Origin: Myxococcota bacterium
GTDB lineage: Bacteria > Myxococcota_A > UBA9160 > UBA6930
Reading direction: 5' to 3'
NCBI GenBank assembly: GCA_965223705.1
Contig: OZ245015.1
Coordinates: 3,552,001-3,616,000, forward strand
Length of the DNA: 64,000 nt
Shown here: piece after piece, positions 46,197 through 55,812 of the stretch
How the letters are laid out: each line of letters opens with the position of its first letter
Numbering within the stretch: the stretch's first letter is position 1
Notes under the pieces: model-generated
The model's database searches: none
The model's input: the letters and a program-made list of their open reading frames with translations, nothing else
What the model was told of the DNA's origin: nothing
Translations under genes and position numbers: made by a program

Positions 46197-48197
46197 ATGT
46201 CAGCCACCCTCGACTCCCGCGGCACCGCGCCGATCATCTTCGATGAAACGCCCTATCTCACCGATGCGTACGCGCCGCGACGCAAGGCCAGCTTCAGCCG
46301 CGAGGACGCTGACTGGCCGCGCATCGAAAAGCGGAAAGCCGACATTGACAGCGTCACCCTGGACGTCCTCGAATGGGCGCTCGAAGCGGCCATCGACGAG
46401 GGCGAGGCGGCGGTCGAGCGCACGGCGGTGTCGACCATCGTGCGCGAACAGCACGACTACCGCGCCTCGCTCAACACCGTGGACTGCAACAGCGTCACGC
46501 GTGTCTCGTGGGCGGCGACTGCCGATCCGATCCGCAACTACTACACGCTCGACGAGATCCACGATGGCGACGTGTTTCTCTACAACGATATCCACGAGTC
46601 GAGTGGCACCATCGGCCACCTACCGGATTTCTGCGTGGTCGTACCCATCTTCTCCGACGGTCGACTGATCGGCTTCGCGCAGCTCTTCGGCCACTGCAAC
46701 GACGTCGGCGGCAAGGTCGCAGGCTCCTGGCCGCTGACCGCGACCACGGTCTTCGAGGAAGGCATCCAGGTGCCGCCGATCAAATTCTATTCGCGCGGCG
46801 AACGGAACGACGAGGCCTGGAAGATCATCCTGCGCAACAGCCGCTACCCCGACGATCTGCGCGGCGACATCGACGCCTTCGTCGGCGCTACGCGCATCAT
46901 CGAGCGGCGGGTCAAGGAGCTGTGCGCGCGCTACGGCACCGACACCGTCGAGGCCGGTTTCTACCGCATCATCGATCGCTGCACCGAGATCGTGCGCGAC
47001 GAAGCGCTGCCGCACATACCCAACGGCGAGTACGTGGGCGAGGACTTCCTCGAAACCGACGGCATCGACCTCGAGCAACCGGTGAAGATCAAGCTCACCG
47101 TACGCAAGGATCCCGAAAAACTCGTCGTCGATTTCGCCGGTACGGATGCGCAGACCGCCGGGCCGGTCAACTGGGTCATGGATGGCCGCCACTACTCCAA
47201 ATGGCTGGGCGGCTTCGTCAAGGCACAGGTGCCGGGGATGATCGTGAATGAGGGCCTGACCGAGGTCTTCAAGACCTACCTGCCACCGCGCACCGTGTTG
47301 TCTGCGGACTACCCGGCGGCGGGTGCCGATCGCATGGACTGCATGCTGCGCATGATCGGGGCCTACATGGCGGCCATGGCCAAAGCCACCAACGGCCAGA
47401 TGGTGGGCGACTCGCAGTGCATTCAACTCTACGGCTTCTACGGCCAGGATCTGGACGGCAAGGACTTTCTCTATCGTGAGATCTTCGGTGCCGGCTCGGG
47501 CGCGCGCCCGTTCGCCGACGGCACCGACACCGTCGACCTCGTTCCCGAATCAAAGAACCTACCGAGCGAGTTCATCGAGCAGCGTTTCCCCGTCATCGTG
47601 CACCGGGTCGGAATGTTCCAGGACTCCGGCGGCCCCGGCGCCTACCGCGGCGGCCTGGGTTACCTGAAAGACGTCGAGATCCTAGTCGACGGCCATTTTC
47701 TCACGGTCTCCTACCGCACCATCTTTTCCTGTTTCGGCGTCAACGGCGGTCAGGCCGGACGCTCGGGCGGTGCCATCATCAATCCCGACACGCCGCACGA
47801 AGAGCACGTGTTGTTCAAGCGCGAAGCGGTGCCGGTCAAGGCCGGCGACATCGTGCGCATCCTCACGCCAGGTGGCGGCGGCTGGGGCGACCCCTTGGCG
47901 CGTGTCCCCGAATGGGTGCGCATGGACGTGGTCCGCGGCATCGTGTCGGTCGATGGCGCGCGGGAAGACTATGGCGTCGTGATGAACGCGAACGGCGATC
48001 CGCGGCGGGTGTGGGACATCGACGCCGACGCCACCGAAGCGCTGCGCGCCGAACGCCGTGCAGCCCGCGGACCACTCAAGATGATCAACCGCGGCGACCA
48101 CGCCGAAAAGCTCATCCGCGAAGGGCGAATCGAGGTCAGTGACTTCGACTACCCGGCGGCCTTCGACGAGGCGGCTTACCTGGCGGCGGCAGGCTAA
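46197..48197 (+). CDS. Hydantoinase B/oxoprolinase subunit
   Basis: GHLPD, GHCNDVGG, FEEGIQVPP, DSGGPG..RGGLG, TPGGGGWGDP. Confidence 0.92.
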   Translation: MSATLDSRGTAPIIFDETPYLTDAYAPRRKASFSREDADWPRIEKRKADIDSVTLDVLEWALEAAIDEGEAAVERTAVSTIVREQHDYRASLNTVDCNSVTRVSWAATADPIRNYYTLDEIHDGDVFLYNDIHESSGTIGHLPDFCVVVPIFSDGRLIGFAQLFGHCNDVGGKVAGSWPLTATTVFEEGIQVPPIKFYSRGERNDEAWKIILRNSRYPDDLRGDIDAFVGATRIIERRVKELCARYGTDTVEAGFYRIIDRCTEIVRDEALPHIPNGEYVGEDFLETDGIDLEQPVKIKLTVRKDPEKLVVDFAGTDAQTAGPVNWVMDGRHYSKWLGGFVKAQVPGMIVNEGLTEVFKTYLPPRTVLSADYPAAGADRMDCMLRMIGAYMAAMAKATNGQMVGDSQCIQLYGFYGQDLDGKDFLYREIFGAGSGARPFADGTDTVDLVPESKNLPSEFIEQRFPVIVHRVGMFQDSGGPGAYRGGLGYLKDVEILVDGHFLTVSYRTIFSCFGVNGGQAGRSGGAIINPDTPHEEHVLFKREAVPVKAGDIVRILTPGGGGWGDPLARVPEWVRMDVVRGIVSVDGAREDYGVVMNANGDPRRVWDIDADATEALRAERRAARGPLKMINRGDHAEKLIREGRIEVSDFDYPAAFDEAAYLAAAG

Positions 48198-48475
48198 GCA
48201 GTCGCCGCGACCGACCACGAAAGGTGGCCTGCGCCTCTCGATTGCCGACATAAGCGAGACGATCGAGATCGGCGAGATCATAGACGCCGAGTCACAAGTA
48301 GATGGGCAACGTGTGCGCGCGGGCGAGCACGTTGACCCAGTCAATTTGCAGAACACCGACTTGATCGACGAGCCGACGCACTTCGGTGCGAGCGCTCCTG
48401 CTGCGCTCTGCGCCATGATGCACGCACTGCGCTTTGATGGCAATGCGTCGCGCTTCACGAAGGGATAGTGTGTCG
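48198..48475 (-). pseudogene. Remnant of a YcaQ/AlkZ-like (HTH_42) DNA glycosylase gene
   Basis: LSLREARRIAIKAQ...VGVLQIDWVNVLARAHTLPIYL*LGVYD..LDRLAY matches the YcaQ N-terminus (LQID..N.VAR....SRLG.YD). Internal TGA at 48292-48294. Confidence 0.7.
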
Positions 48476-48576
48476 GTCGAGCACCTGGAGCCCGTCAATG
48501 CCGCTTTGTAGCGCGGATCGTCAGGCGATGATGATGAAATATCCGCGGATCGGTCGAGCGAGCGCGGGCACTTAGC

Positions 48577-49302
48577 GTGCCGCGCTGCAACCGAGTCGAC
48601 CCGTGGGGAGATCTGCACGCGGCATCTGGACGTGGCCTATTCACCGGCAACCGCGGTTGCGTCGTCGACGACCGCGAACGAGTGGTGCGACACCACGGCT
48701 CGTCGCTTTGGATCACCTGCAAGACCGAGTTTCGCGGCTGGCGCTGGCCCCTGGCGAGACCAAAGCGCTGGACGCCGATCTTCTTTTTGGATGAGGCGGT
48801 CGCACTAGCCGCCGGGCACCGGCCCTGCGCGTCTTGTCGACGTGACGAATACAACACCTACCGGGACGCAATCGCCCGAACGCTGGGCGTGTCGGAGCGC
48901 CTCCTCGCAACCCACTTGAACGCCCGTCTATCTGCTGAGCGGTTGCGGCGGGGCCGCGGGTTCCACCGGGCAAGCGATCGCTTTCTGTGGCAGACCCCAT
49001 TCGCCGATCTCCCCGACGGAGCCGTCGTCGTAGACCACCTCGGCGCCGCGCGATTGAAGAAGGAACAGCGACTGCTTCGCTTCTCTTTCGATGGTTGGAA
49101 CGACCCCGTACCGTTCGTCAACAAGAGCGTCGCGACCGTTCTCACCCCGCCCACGTCGGTTGCGGCGCTACAAGGCGGGTACGTCCCCACACTGCACTCG
49201 ACTGCTCTAGGTGACGGGCCGGCAGCTCGCGGTCCCTACGCGGAGCGCGGTCTCGCGTCAGCTACCCTCCCGTCTACTCAGTCACGAGGATCCACGCGAT
49301 GA
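48577..49302 (+). CDS. Conserved hypothetical protein with Cys motif
   Basis: NRVDPWG, GNRG, FFLDEAVALAAGHRPCASCRR, LTPPTSV..L..GY.P.LH. Confidence 0.7.
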   Translation: MPRCNRVDPWGDLHAASGRGLFTGNRGCVVDDRERVVRHHGSSLWITCKTEFRGWRWPLARPKRWTPIFFLDEAVALAAGHRPCASCRRDEYNTYRDAIARTLGVSERLLATHLNARLSAERLRRGRGFHRASDRFLWQTPFADLPDGAVVVDHLGAARLKKEQRLLRFSFDGWNDPVPFVNKSVATVLTPPTSVAALQGGYVPTLHSTALGDGPAARGPYAERGLASATLPSTQSRGSTR

Positions 49303-50825
49303 CCCGACCGCACTCCGAACAGGACGCAGCGACCTCCAGCACGCGAGCCCCCGAGCGCTGCGCCGTCTGCATCGTCGGCGGTGGCGTCGCGGGGCTGAAC
49401 GCGCTGTTCTCGGCGAGCGTCCATCTCAGCAAGAGCGACCGTGTGGTGTTGATCGAGGGCAATCCGCGGGTCGGGGGCATGTGGACCGAGACCTACGACT
49501 ATGTGAGGCTCCACCAGCCCCACCCGATGTTCACCGCGGGCAACATCCCTTGGACCCTCGGCCGCGAGCCGGCCCACCTGGCGAGCAAAGCCGAGGTGTT
49601 GGGGCACCTGCAGCACTGCCTTGACGTACTCCGCGAGCGTGTGGATCTCGTCGAGCTGTACGGTCACCACTACGTCGATCACGACGAAAGTGCGGGCGCT
49701 TCCGGGACCCTCGTCCGTGTACGCTGCACCGACGCCGCCGGTGCCACCCTCGACGTCCACGCCGATCGGCTGATCAAGGCGATCGGCTATGACATCGAGC
49801 AAAACGACCCCCTGCCGGTCTCGAGTGAGCGGGTGCACTCGCTGGCGCCCCACGACCCCGCCCTGTTCGGACCGGAGCTGGCCGAAAGCGATGCGCCGAT
49901 TGTCGTCGTGGGCGGTGGAAAAACCGGAATGGATACGGTCTACGACCTTGTCCAACGTCTGCCCGGGCGCGCGGTGCACCTGCTGGCCGGAGGGGGAACG
50001 GTCTTCTCCGATCGCGACCGAAACTTCCCGGCTGGAGCGCGGCGCTATCTGGGCGGCCACACGGGGTTCCGGATCTTTCGCGATTTGGCGCTGCATTTCG
50101 ACGGCGACAACGAGCTGGAGGCCACCGACTGGTTCCGCCGAACCCACGGCCTCTCTCTGAACGATCAATGCAAGCAGTTCATGTTCGGTGTGCTCTCGCA
50201 GCACGAGAACGACATCATCAAGAAGGGCCTCGCCGGGCTCCACATGGAGTACTTCGCCGACGCAATCGACGAAGGCCCCGATGTGCGCCTCCAGTTCCGC
50301 AGCGGCGAGTCGCTCGTCATTCCGTCCGGTAGCTGGATCGTGAACACCAGCGGCCACCTCGCGCAGCAGCCGCGGCCCTACGAGCCGTACTTGTCCGATG
50401 ACGGTGCGGTTCTCTCGATCCAACCCACGTCCGCCGTGCACTTCCTGACGACCATGGCGTCCTACTTCCTGACACACCACTTCATGCTCGGATCGCTCGA
50501 GACGCTCCCCCTCTACGAACTCAACCAGCAGGACCTCGCGTTCAAGAACAAACGCGCCTGGGCTCCGACCTGCGCAACCCAAGCGTTCTACAACACCATT
50601 CTCATCGCACTGAACAGCCCGCCCGAAGTGCTCCGAGATTTCGGACTCAACTTCGACCTCTGGTTCCCGGCGTACCGGCGCTTGTACGACTTCGCCGTAC
50701 TCAAGCGCAATGCCGCCCGCTACAGCGCCCACTGTCGCGCCACCCTCGACCGGGTCGGTGAGCGATACGGCATCGAGAGCGGCGTCCTGCGCCGCCCGGG
50801 CCGCGACCGCGCCTCGGCCGCCTAG
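49299..50825 (+). CDS. FAD/NAD(P)-binding oxidoreductase (FMO-like)
   Basis: GGGVAG, GGMW..YDYVRLHQP, second Rossmann GGGKTG. Confidence 0.75.
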   Translation: MTRPHSEQDAATSSTRAPERCAVCIVGGGVAGLNALFSASVHLSKSDRVVLIEGNPRVGGMWTETYDYVRLHQPHPMFTAGNIPWTLGREPAHLASKAEVLGHLQHCLDVLRERVDLVELYGHHYVDHDESAGASGTLVRVRCTDAAGATLDVHADRLIKAIGYDIEQNDPLPVSSERVHSLAPHDPALFGPELAESDAPIVVVGGGKTGMDTVYDLVQRLPGRAVHLLAGGGTVFSDRDRNFPAGARRYLGGHTGFRIFRDLALHFDGDNELEATDWFRRTHGLSLNDQCKQFMFGVLSQHENDIIKKGLAGLHMEYFADAIDEGPDVRLQFRSGESLVIPSGSWIVNTSGHLAQQPRPYEPYLSDDGAVLSIQPTSAVHFLTTMASYFLTHHFMLGSLETLPLYELNQQDLAFKNKRAWAPTCATQAFYNTILIALNSPPEVLRDFGLNFDLWFPAYRRLYDFAVLKRNAARYSAHCRATLDRVGERYGIESGVLRRPGRDRASAA

Positions 50826-50890
50826 GCGCCCGGGCTTCTGGGATCCGTTAGCATCGAAGCGTCTTCAGCCTCGCCGGGAGGTCAACGTCG

Positions 50891-51931
50891 ATGCGCGCGG
50901 CCGTTTTTCACAGTCCGGGAGCCCCACTCACGATCGAGCAGGTCCCCGATCCCAAGGTTTCGACAGGCGACCTCGTCATCGCGGTGCGTCGCTGCGGCGT
51001 CTGTGGATCGGACTTGCACATGGCCGACATGCAAGGCCCGGATACCGGCATGGCGCCACTCCCGCCCGGAACGGTGATGGGCCATGAGTTTTCCGGTGAG
51101 GTGGTCGAGGTCGGCCGCGAGGCCGGTGACTTCAAAGTCGGTGATCGCGTCACCGCGATGCCCTACATCGCCTGCGGTCGGTGTGAGCCGTGCCTGTCGG
51201 GTTACGGTTATCGCTGTGCCAAGGCGTGCTACACCGCGCTCGGCGCGGAACCCGGTGCCTATGCCGAGTACATGCGCGTGGGTGCGGCCGAGACCTTGCG
51301 CCTGCCGGACGGTGTGGACGATGCCCTCGGCGCTTTCGTCGAGCCGCTCGCGGTGGGGCTGCACGGAGTCAGCGCGGCAGGACTTGCCCCAGGTGAGAGC
51401 GTCCTCATTATGGGCGCCGGACCCGTAGGACTCGCTTGCGTCGCCTGGGCGCGCCACTTCGGTGCGCGCGAGGTCATCGTCGCCGAGTTTTCCGCCGAGC
51501 GCCGCGCCGTGGCGGAGCAGCTCGGTGCTACGGCAACGGTCGATCCCCGTAGCGAACACGTACCCCGCGCCTGCAAGCGCCACGCCGGACGAAGGCCAGA
51601 GGTCGTCATCGAGTGCGTCGGTGTCCCCGGCACCCAGCAGCTCGCCATGGACTATGCGCCCATGGACGGACGCATCGTCGTACTCGGCGTATGCATGGCG
51701 CCGGATCGGATCCAGCCCGTCAAGGCCGTGACCAAGGAACTTCGCGTCAACTACGCCTACATGTATACCCGTCAGGAGTTCGAGCTGACGGTCGACGCCT
51801 TGAACCGCGAACACATCAATCCCGCCCCGATGTTGACGCGGACGGTCGGGTTCGAGTCGTTCGCCGACGCCTTCCAAGGCCTCAAGACCGACAAGACGGC
51901 CTGCAAGGTCATGCTGGATCCCGCTGCCTAA
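50891..51931 (+). CDS. Zn-dependent alcohol dehydrogenase (MDR)
   Basis: CGSDLH, GHEFSG, CGRCEPC......C, GAGPVG. Confidence 0.93.
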   Translation: MRAAVFHSPGAPLTIEQVPDPKVSTGDLVIAVRRCGVCGSDLHMADMQGPDTGMAPLPPGTVMGHEFSGEVVEVGREAGDFKVGDRVTAMPYIACGRCEPCLSGYGYRCAKACYTALGAEPGAYAEYMRVGAAETLRLPDGVDDALGAFVEPLAVGLHGVSAAGLAPGESVLIMGAGPVGLACVAWARHFGAREVIVAEFSAERRAVAEQLGATATVDPRSEHVPRACKRHAGRRPEVVIECVGVPGTQQLAMDYAPMDGRIVVLGVCMAPDRIQPVKAVTKELRVNYAYMYTRQEFELTVDALNREHINPAPMLTRTVGFESFADAFQGLKTDKTACKVMLDPAA

Positions 51932-54255
51932 GCACCCGTCGGTGACGGCTGCCGGCTCCGTCGGTCGATCCGCATCAGCAGCACCGGCAGCAGCAGGAAA
52001 TCTGCGAGTAGGGCCGCACCGATGGTGATGGCGACCAGGAGCCCGAAATGCGCATTCAGTTTGAAAGATGACAGGGCCAGCACGCTGAAGCCCACGATCA
52101 GGATCATGAACGTGATCCACAGCGCACCTCCCACCGTCGACAGTGCGTAGCGAACAGCGTCCTCCGGGGTGGAGTTCTGCTCGCGGCGAGCGCGGAGGTA
52201 CTTGCTCAAGAAATGAACCGTCGCGTCGACGATGATCCCGAGACTCGCCGCGACCACGGTCGCGACGTTCATCCCGACCTCGCGCACGATGACGGCCCAG
52301 ACGCCGAAGGCGATCAGCGTCGGAACGATGTTCGGGACGAGACTGAGAAGCCCTAGGCGGAGACTTCGGAGCGACAGGATCAGAATGAGGGCGATCAGAA
52401 GAAACGCCATGAGCGTTCCGCCGGTCATGCTCTTGATGTTCTGAAGAGAGAGCTTCGAGAACATCAACACAGGCCCGGCGGCTTCGGTGTGCATGACGCC
52501 GGGGAGCTCGTTGCGGAGCCAGGTCTCGGATCGCTCCTCGATCGCGCGCAGGTCCCTCGAGCCCACTCTCTTGATCGTCGCGGTGACCTTGGTGGCGGAT
52601 TTCGGCACATCGACCTGGTTGTTGATGTCGAGTCCGTAGGGGAGAGACATCTCATAGAGGAGGAGGTACTGCCCGGCGAGGTCGCGGTGCTCCGGGAGCC
52701 GATAGAAGCTCGCGTCGTCATCGTGGAGGTTCTTGTTGAGACGCTTCATCGTGTCCGAGAGCGTGCTGACGTGATCGACTTCGGGCTGCTCGCGTAGCCA
52801 GGCGGTGAATCGGTCGAGCCGGGCCAGGTAGGCCGGATCGTTGATCCCCTGCTCTTCTCCGGCGCGGAGGGAGAAGTGCATCTGATAGATGCCAGTAAGG
52901 CGATCGCTGGTGAAATCCGTGTCCTGTCGGAACTTCATGGAGCGATCGAAGTAGCCGACGAAGAGGTCGTTGAGCTCGATTCTCGGGATCAGGGCGCAGC
53001 AAACGAGCAGCACGGCCACGCTCGTCCACAGAACGCTCACCCGTCGCGCGATGAGCCACTCGACGAAGCGCTCCATGGAAAACCCGCCGATGACGCGGGC
53101 TGGGCGGACCCGGTAGGGGACGATCGCGACAAAGGCCGGCAGCGCCGTCACGGAAAAGAACCAGGCGGCGGCAACGCCGAGTGCAGTGATGTTTCCGAGA
53201 TCGTTCAGCGATCGGACACTGCTCGAGTTCAAGCTGAGAAACCCGACGATCGTCGTAAGGCTCGTCAGGAACACCGGCTGCCAGTTGACGCGCAGGCTCT
53301 CCACCAGTGCCTCGTGCTTCCCCCGCCCGCCCCGCATTTGCTGGGTCAGCGTGACCAGGATGTGCACACCGTCCGCGACCGCGATGGTCATGATGATCGT
53401 CGGCGCTGCGGAGGAGAGTGCCGTGATCGGGATCCCGGCCCACGCGGCCAGGCCGAGACCAGCGGCGGTTGCGAGAAGGATGACGAGGATCGTGCCCAAG
53501 GTGCCCCACACCGAGCGGAGAAACAGCAGCATGGCAATGACGAGTGCGAGGAACATCAAGGGAACGAGGGTCGCAAGGTCTTCGGCAGCCGAGACTTCGA
53601 AGGCGTCCGACAACATGACCAACCCGGTCAACGCCACGCGCAGATCGGGGTGACGCTCGCGGACCGCACTTGCGATTTCCCTGGCCCGGGCGCCGACGAA
53701 GACCTCGCCCCCTTCATCCGGCAGCTGGATGGTGACGTTGACGGCCGTGGCCCGCGCATCTCTCGCGACGAGGCTCCCGACGAGAAGCGGCTCCGACAAC
53801 GCGATGTCGCGCACCCGCCCGAGGTCTTCGGCTCCGAGCGCCGCCGCGTCCTCCACCAGGTCCTCGACGATCAGCTCATCGCCTTCGGACCAGGTGTGCT
53901 GGAAGTTCGTCAGGGAGTCGACCCGAATCGAGTAAGGCAACTGCCAACTCTCTTCGGTGAGCCATGCGACCGCTTGCAAGACCTCTTTCTGAAACACGTC
54001 GCCGCGGTCCGGCGCGAGCACGAAGAGGACGTTGTCCGTCTTCGTGTAGGTGTTCTCGATGTCGATCATCGCCTCGAGCTGCGCGTCGCCGGGGCTGAAG
54101 TGGTACTTGTAGGACGCGATCATCGTCAGGTGACGCGCGCCTGCGATCGCAACCGCGGCCAGGATCAGTGAGGCGAGCAGTACCAGCCAACGCCATCGGA
54201 CGAGAGCCCGGGCATACGCGACGACGACTCGGTCGCTTCGCGACGGTTCAGCCAT
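51928..54255 (-). CDS. MMPL/RND-family transporter
   Basis: Two repeats of periplasmic domain plus TM bundle, IAVADGVH and GIIVDATVHF, LTSLTT..GF. Confidence 0.9.
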   Translation of the reverse strand: MAEPSRSDRVVVAYARALVRWRWLVLLASLILAAVAIAGARHLTMIASYKYHFSPGDAQLEAMIDIENTYTKTDNVLFVLAPDRGDVFQKEVLQAVAWLTEESWQLPYSIRVDSLTNFQHTWSEGDELIVEDLVEDAAALGAEDLGRVRDIALSEPLLVGSLVARDARATAVNVTIQLPDEGGEVFVGARAREIASAVRERHPDLRVALTGLVMLSDAFEVSAAEDLATLVPLMFLALVIAMLLFLRSVWGTLGTILVILLATAAGLGLAAWAGIPITALSSAAPTIIMTIAVADGVHILVTLTQQMRGGRGKHEALVESLRVNWQPVFLTSLTTIVGFLSLNSSSVRSLNDLGNITALGVAAAWFFSVTALPAFVAIVPYRVRPARVIGGFSMERFVEWLIARRVSVLWTSVAVLLVCCALIPRIELNDLFVGYFDRSMKFRQDTDFTSDRLTGIYQMHFSLRAGEEQGINDPAYLARLDRFTAWLREQPEVDHVSTLSDTMKRLNKNLHDDDASFYRLPEHRDLAGQYLLLYEMSLPYGLDINNQVDVPKSATKVTATIKRVGSRDLRAIEERSETWLRNELPGVMHTEAAGPVLMFSKLSLQNIKSMTGGTLMAFLLIALILILSLRSLRLGLLSLVPNIVPTLIAFGVWAVIVREVGMNVATVVAASLGIIVDATVHFLSKYLRARREQNSTPEDAVRYALSTVGGALWITFMILIVGFSVLALSSFKLNAHFGLLVAITIGAALLADFLLLPVLLMRIDRRSRQPSPTGA

Positions 54256-54258
54256 GAA

Positions 54259-55347
54259 TCACTCGCAGGCCGGCGCACCGTCGGACGCGCGCCGCGGATG
54301 AAGCCTGCCGTCGAGTCCAGCGGCGAGTTCGCGCGCCGTCCAGCCGAGCTTGCCGTGCTTGAGAATTCCGTGACGAACAATGGCCTCATCCTCGAACTCG
54401 CGAACACCTTCCATGTTGAACCAGATGCGAAGGAGCAGCCGCGTCTCCTCCTCACTTCGGGCGGGGGTGTGTGGAGCGCGACCGTGAAGCACCGTGTAGT
54501 TGTTGGCAAACTGGATATCCCCGGGACCGAAGTCGAACTCGACACAGGTCTCGTGGTTGATCGCGTCGACTTCGTCGAGCAGCACGCGATCGGCGTCGCG
54601 GAGACACTCGCCGCGACGTTCCAGGGCCTTGACCATCCAGTTCCGGTTGTACCGACACGACACCTGACCGTTCTTCTCGCTGAACATTGGCACCCGGTAG
54701 TCGGTGGTCGGGGACTCGGCCGGATCGTGTTCGTTCTGTCGGTCCCAAACAAACCCCTCATAGAGACGGGCGAGGCCCGCGGGGTTGCGTTCGGCCAATC
54801 GGTTGTGAAGGGTCGCCGCACTCGACAAGCGACTGCGCGGCGAATCGGCCGCTTGTCGCACGCAGAGGAGAGAGACGACGTCAGCGAGATCGACGTGCAG
54901 CGAGACGAGCCCCGGGTCGCCCACTCCGCGCGTACCCTGGTTCGGACGCAGTCTTCCCTCGGTCACGTAGTGGATCAGGGTGGCGTCGCTGTTTTGCGTC
55001 ACGCCCGTACCCAGATGGGAGCAGAAGCCCCAATAGAGCTTCTCGAGTTCCTCTCGGCTGAGGCCCTCGATCGGGAAACCCCGCAGGAGAACAAAACCGC
55101 GACCGGTACGCAGAGCTCTCGCGATCTCAGCGAACAGCGGCTGGCAGTTCGGCAGCGGAAACACGTCGCGCTCGATCTCGAGCAGTGACAGTCCGCTCTC
55201 ACACGCGCACTCGAGCGTGCGCCGAAGTTCGTTGCGCTGTGCATCTTCGAGTGTGATAGCCCAAGACGGATCGTCGCGTAGGCTCTCCCCGGTCCACGCA
55301 CTCGGGCCTTCGATGGGAGCGAATCGTTCTCTGGTTTTGGGCGACAC
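54259..55347 (-). CDS. TauD/TfdA-family Fe(II)/2-oxoglutarate dioxygenase
   Basis: GRGFVLLRG, HVD, LLCVRQA, NNYTVLHGR, RLLLRIW. Confidence 0.87.
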   Translation of the reverse strand: MSPKTRERFAPIEGPSAWTGESLRDDPSWAITLEDAQRNELRRTLECACESGLSLLEIERDVFPLPNCQPLFAEIARALRTGRGFVLLRGFPIEGLSREELEKLYWGFCSHLGTGVTQNSDATLIHYVTEGRLRPNQGTRGVGDPGLVSLHVDLADVVSLLCVRQAADSPRSRLSSAATLHNRLAERNPAGLARLYEGFVWDRQNEHDPAESPTTDYRVPMFSEKNGQVSCRYNRNWMVKALERRGECLRDADRVLLDEVDAINHETCVEFDFGPGDIQFANNYTVLHGRAPHTPARSEEETRLLLRIWFNMEGVREFEDEAIVRHGILKHGKLGWTARELAAGLDGRLHPRRASDGAPACE

Positions 55348-55422
55348 GGTTTGGCCTCCGGCCTGGGCTAAGGTACCGAGTGGAAATCAAGCTCACACTT
55401 CTGTTGGAGGAGAATCCAAACG

Positions 55423-55803
55423 ATGGGCAACACCGACACGGTTCGCGAGTTTATCCGCAGGTGGGAAGCCCGCGACGTCGACGGCATCCTGGCGATGTTC
55501 AGCGACGCGCCCTTCTACCACAACATCCCGATGGAACCGCTCACGAGCCAAGAGAGCATCCGAAAGTTCATCGAGCCTTTCCTCGGCCCGGTGACGGCGG
55601 TGGAGTGGGAAGTCAAATTCATCGCTGAAGACGCTGACGGCGTCGTCCTGACCGAGCGGGTCGATACCTTTGCCTTCGGCGACAAGAAGATCTCGCTGCC
55701 GGTGATGGGCACCTTCGAACTCGCCGACGGAAAGATCGCTAGATGGCGCGACTACTTCGATCTCGCGGAGTTCGAGCGACAGATGGCGGCTATTCAAAGC
55801 TGA
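55423..55803 (+). CDS. Limonene-1,2-epoxide hydrolase family protein
   Basis: YHNIP, VLTERVD, PVMGTFE...GKI..WRDYFD. Confidence 0.9.
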   Translation: MGNTDTVREFIRRWEARDVDGILAMFSDAPFYHNIPMEPLTSQESIRKFIEPFLGPVTAVEWEVKFIAEDADGVVLTERVDTFAFGDKKISLPVMGTFELADGKIARWRDYFDLAEFERQMAAIQS

Positions 55804-55812
55804 CGGGCGCGC

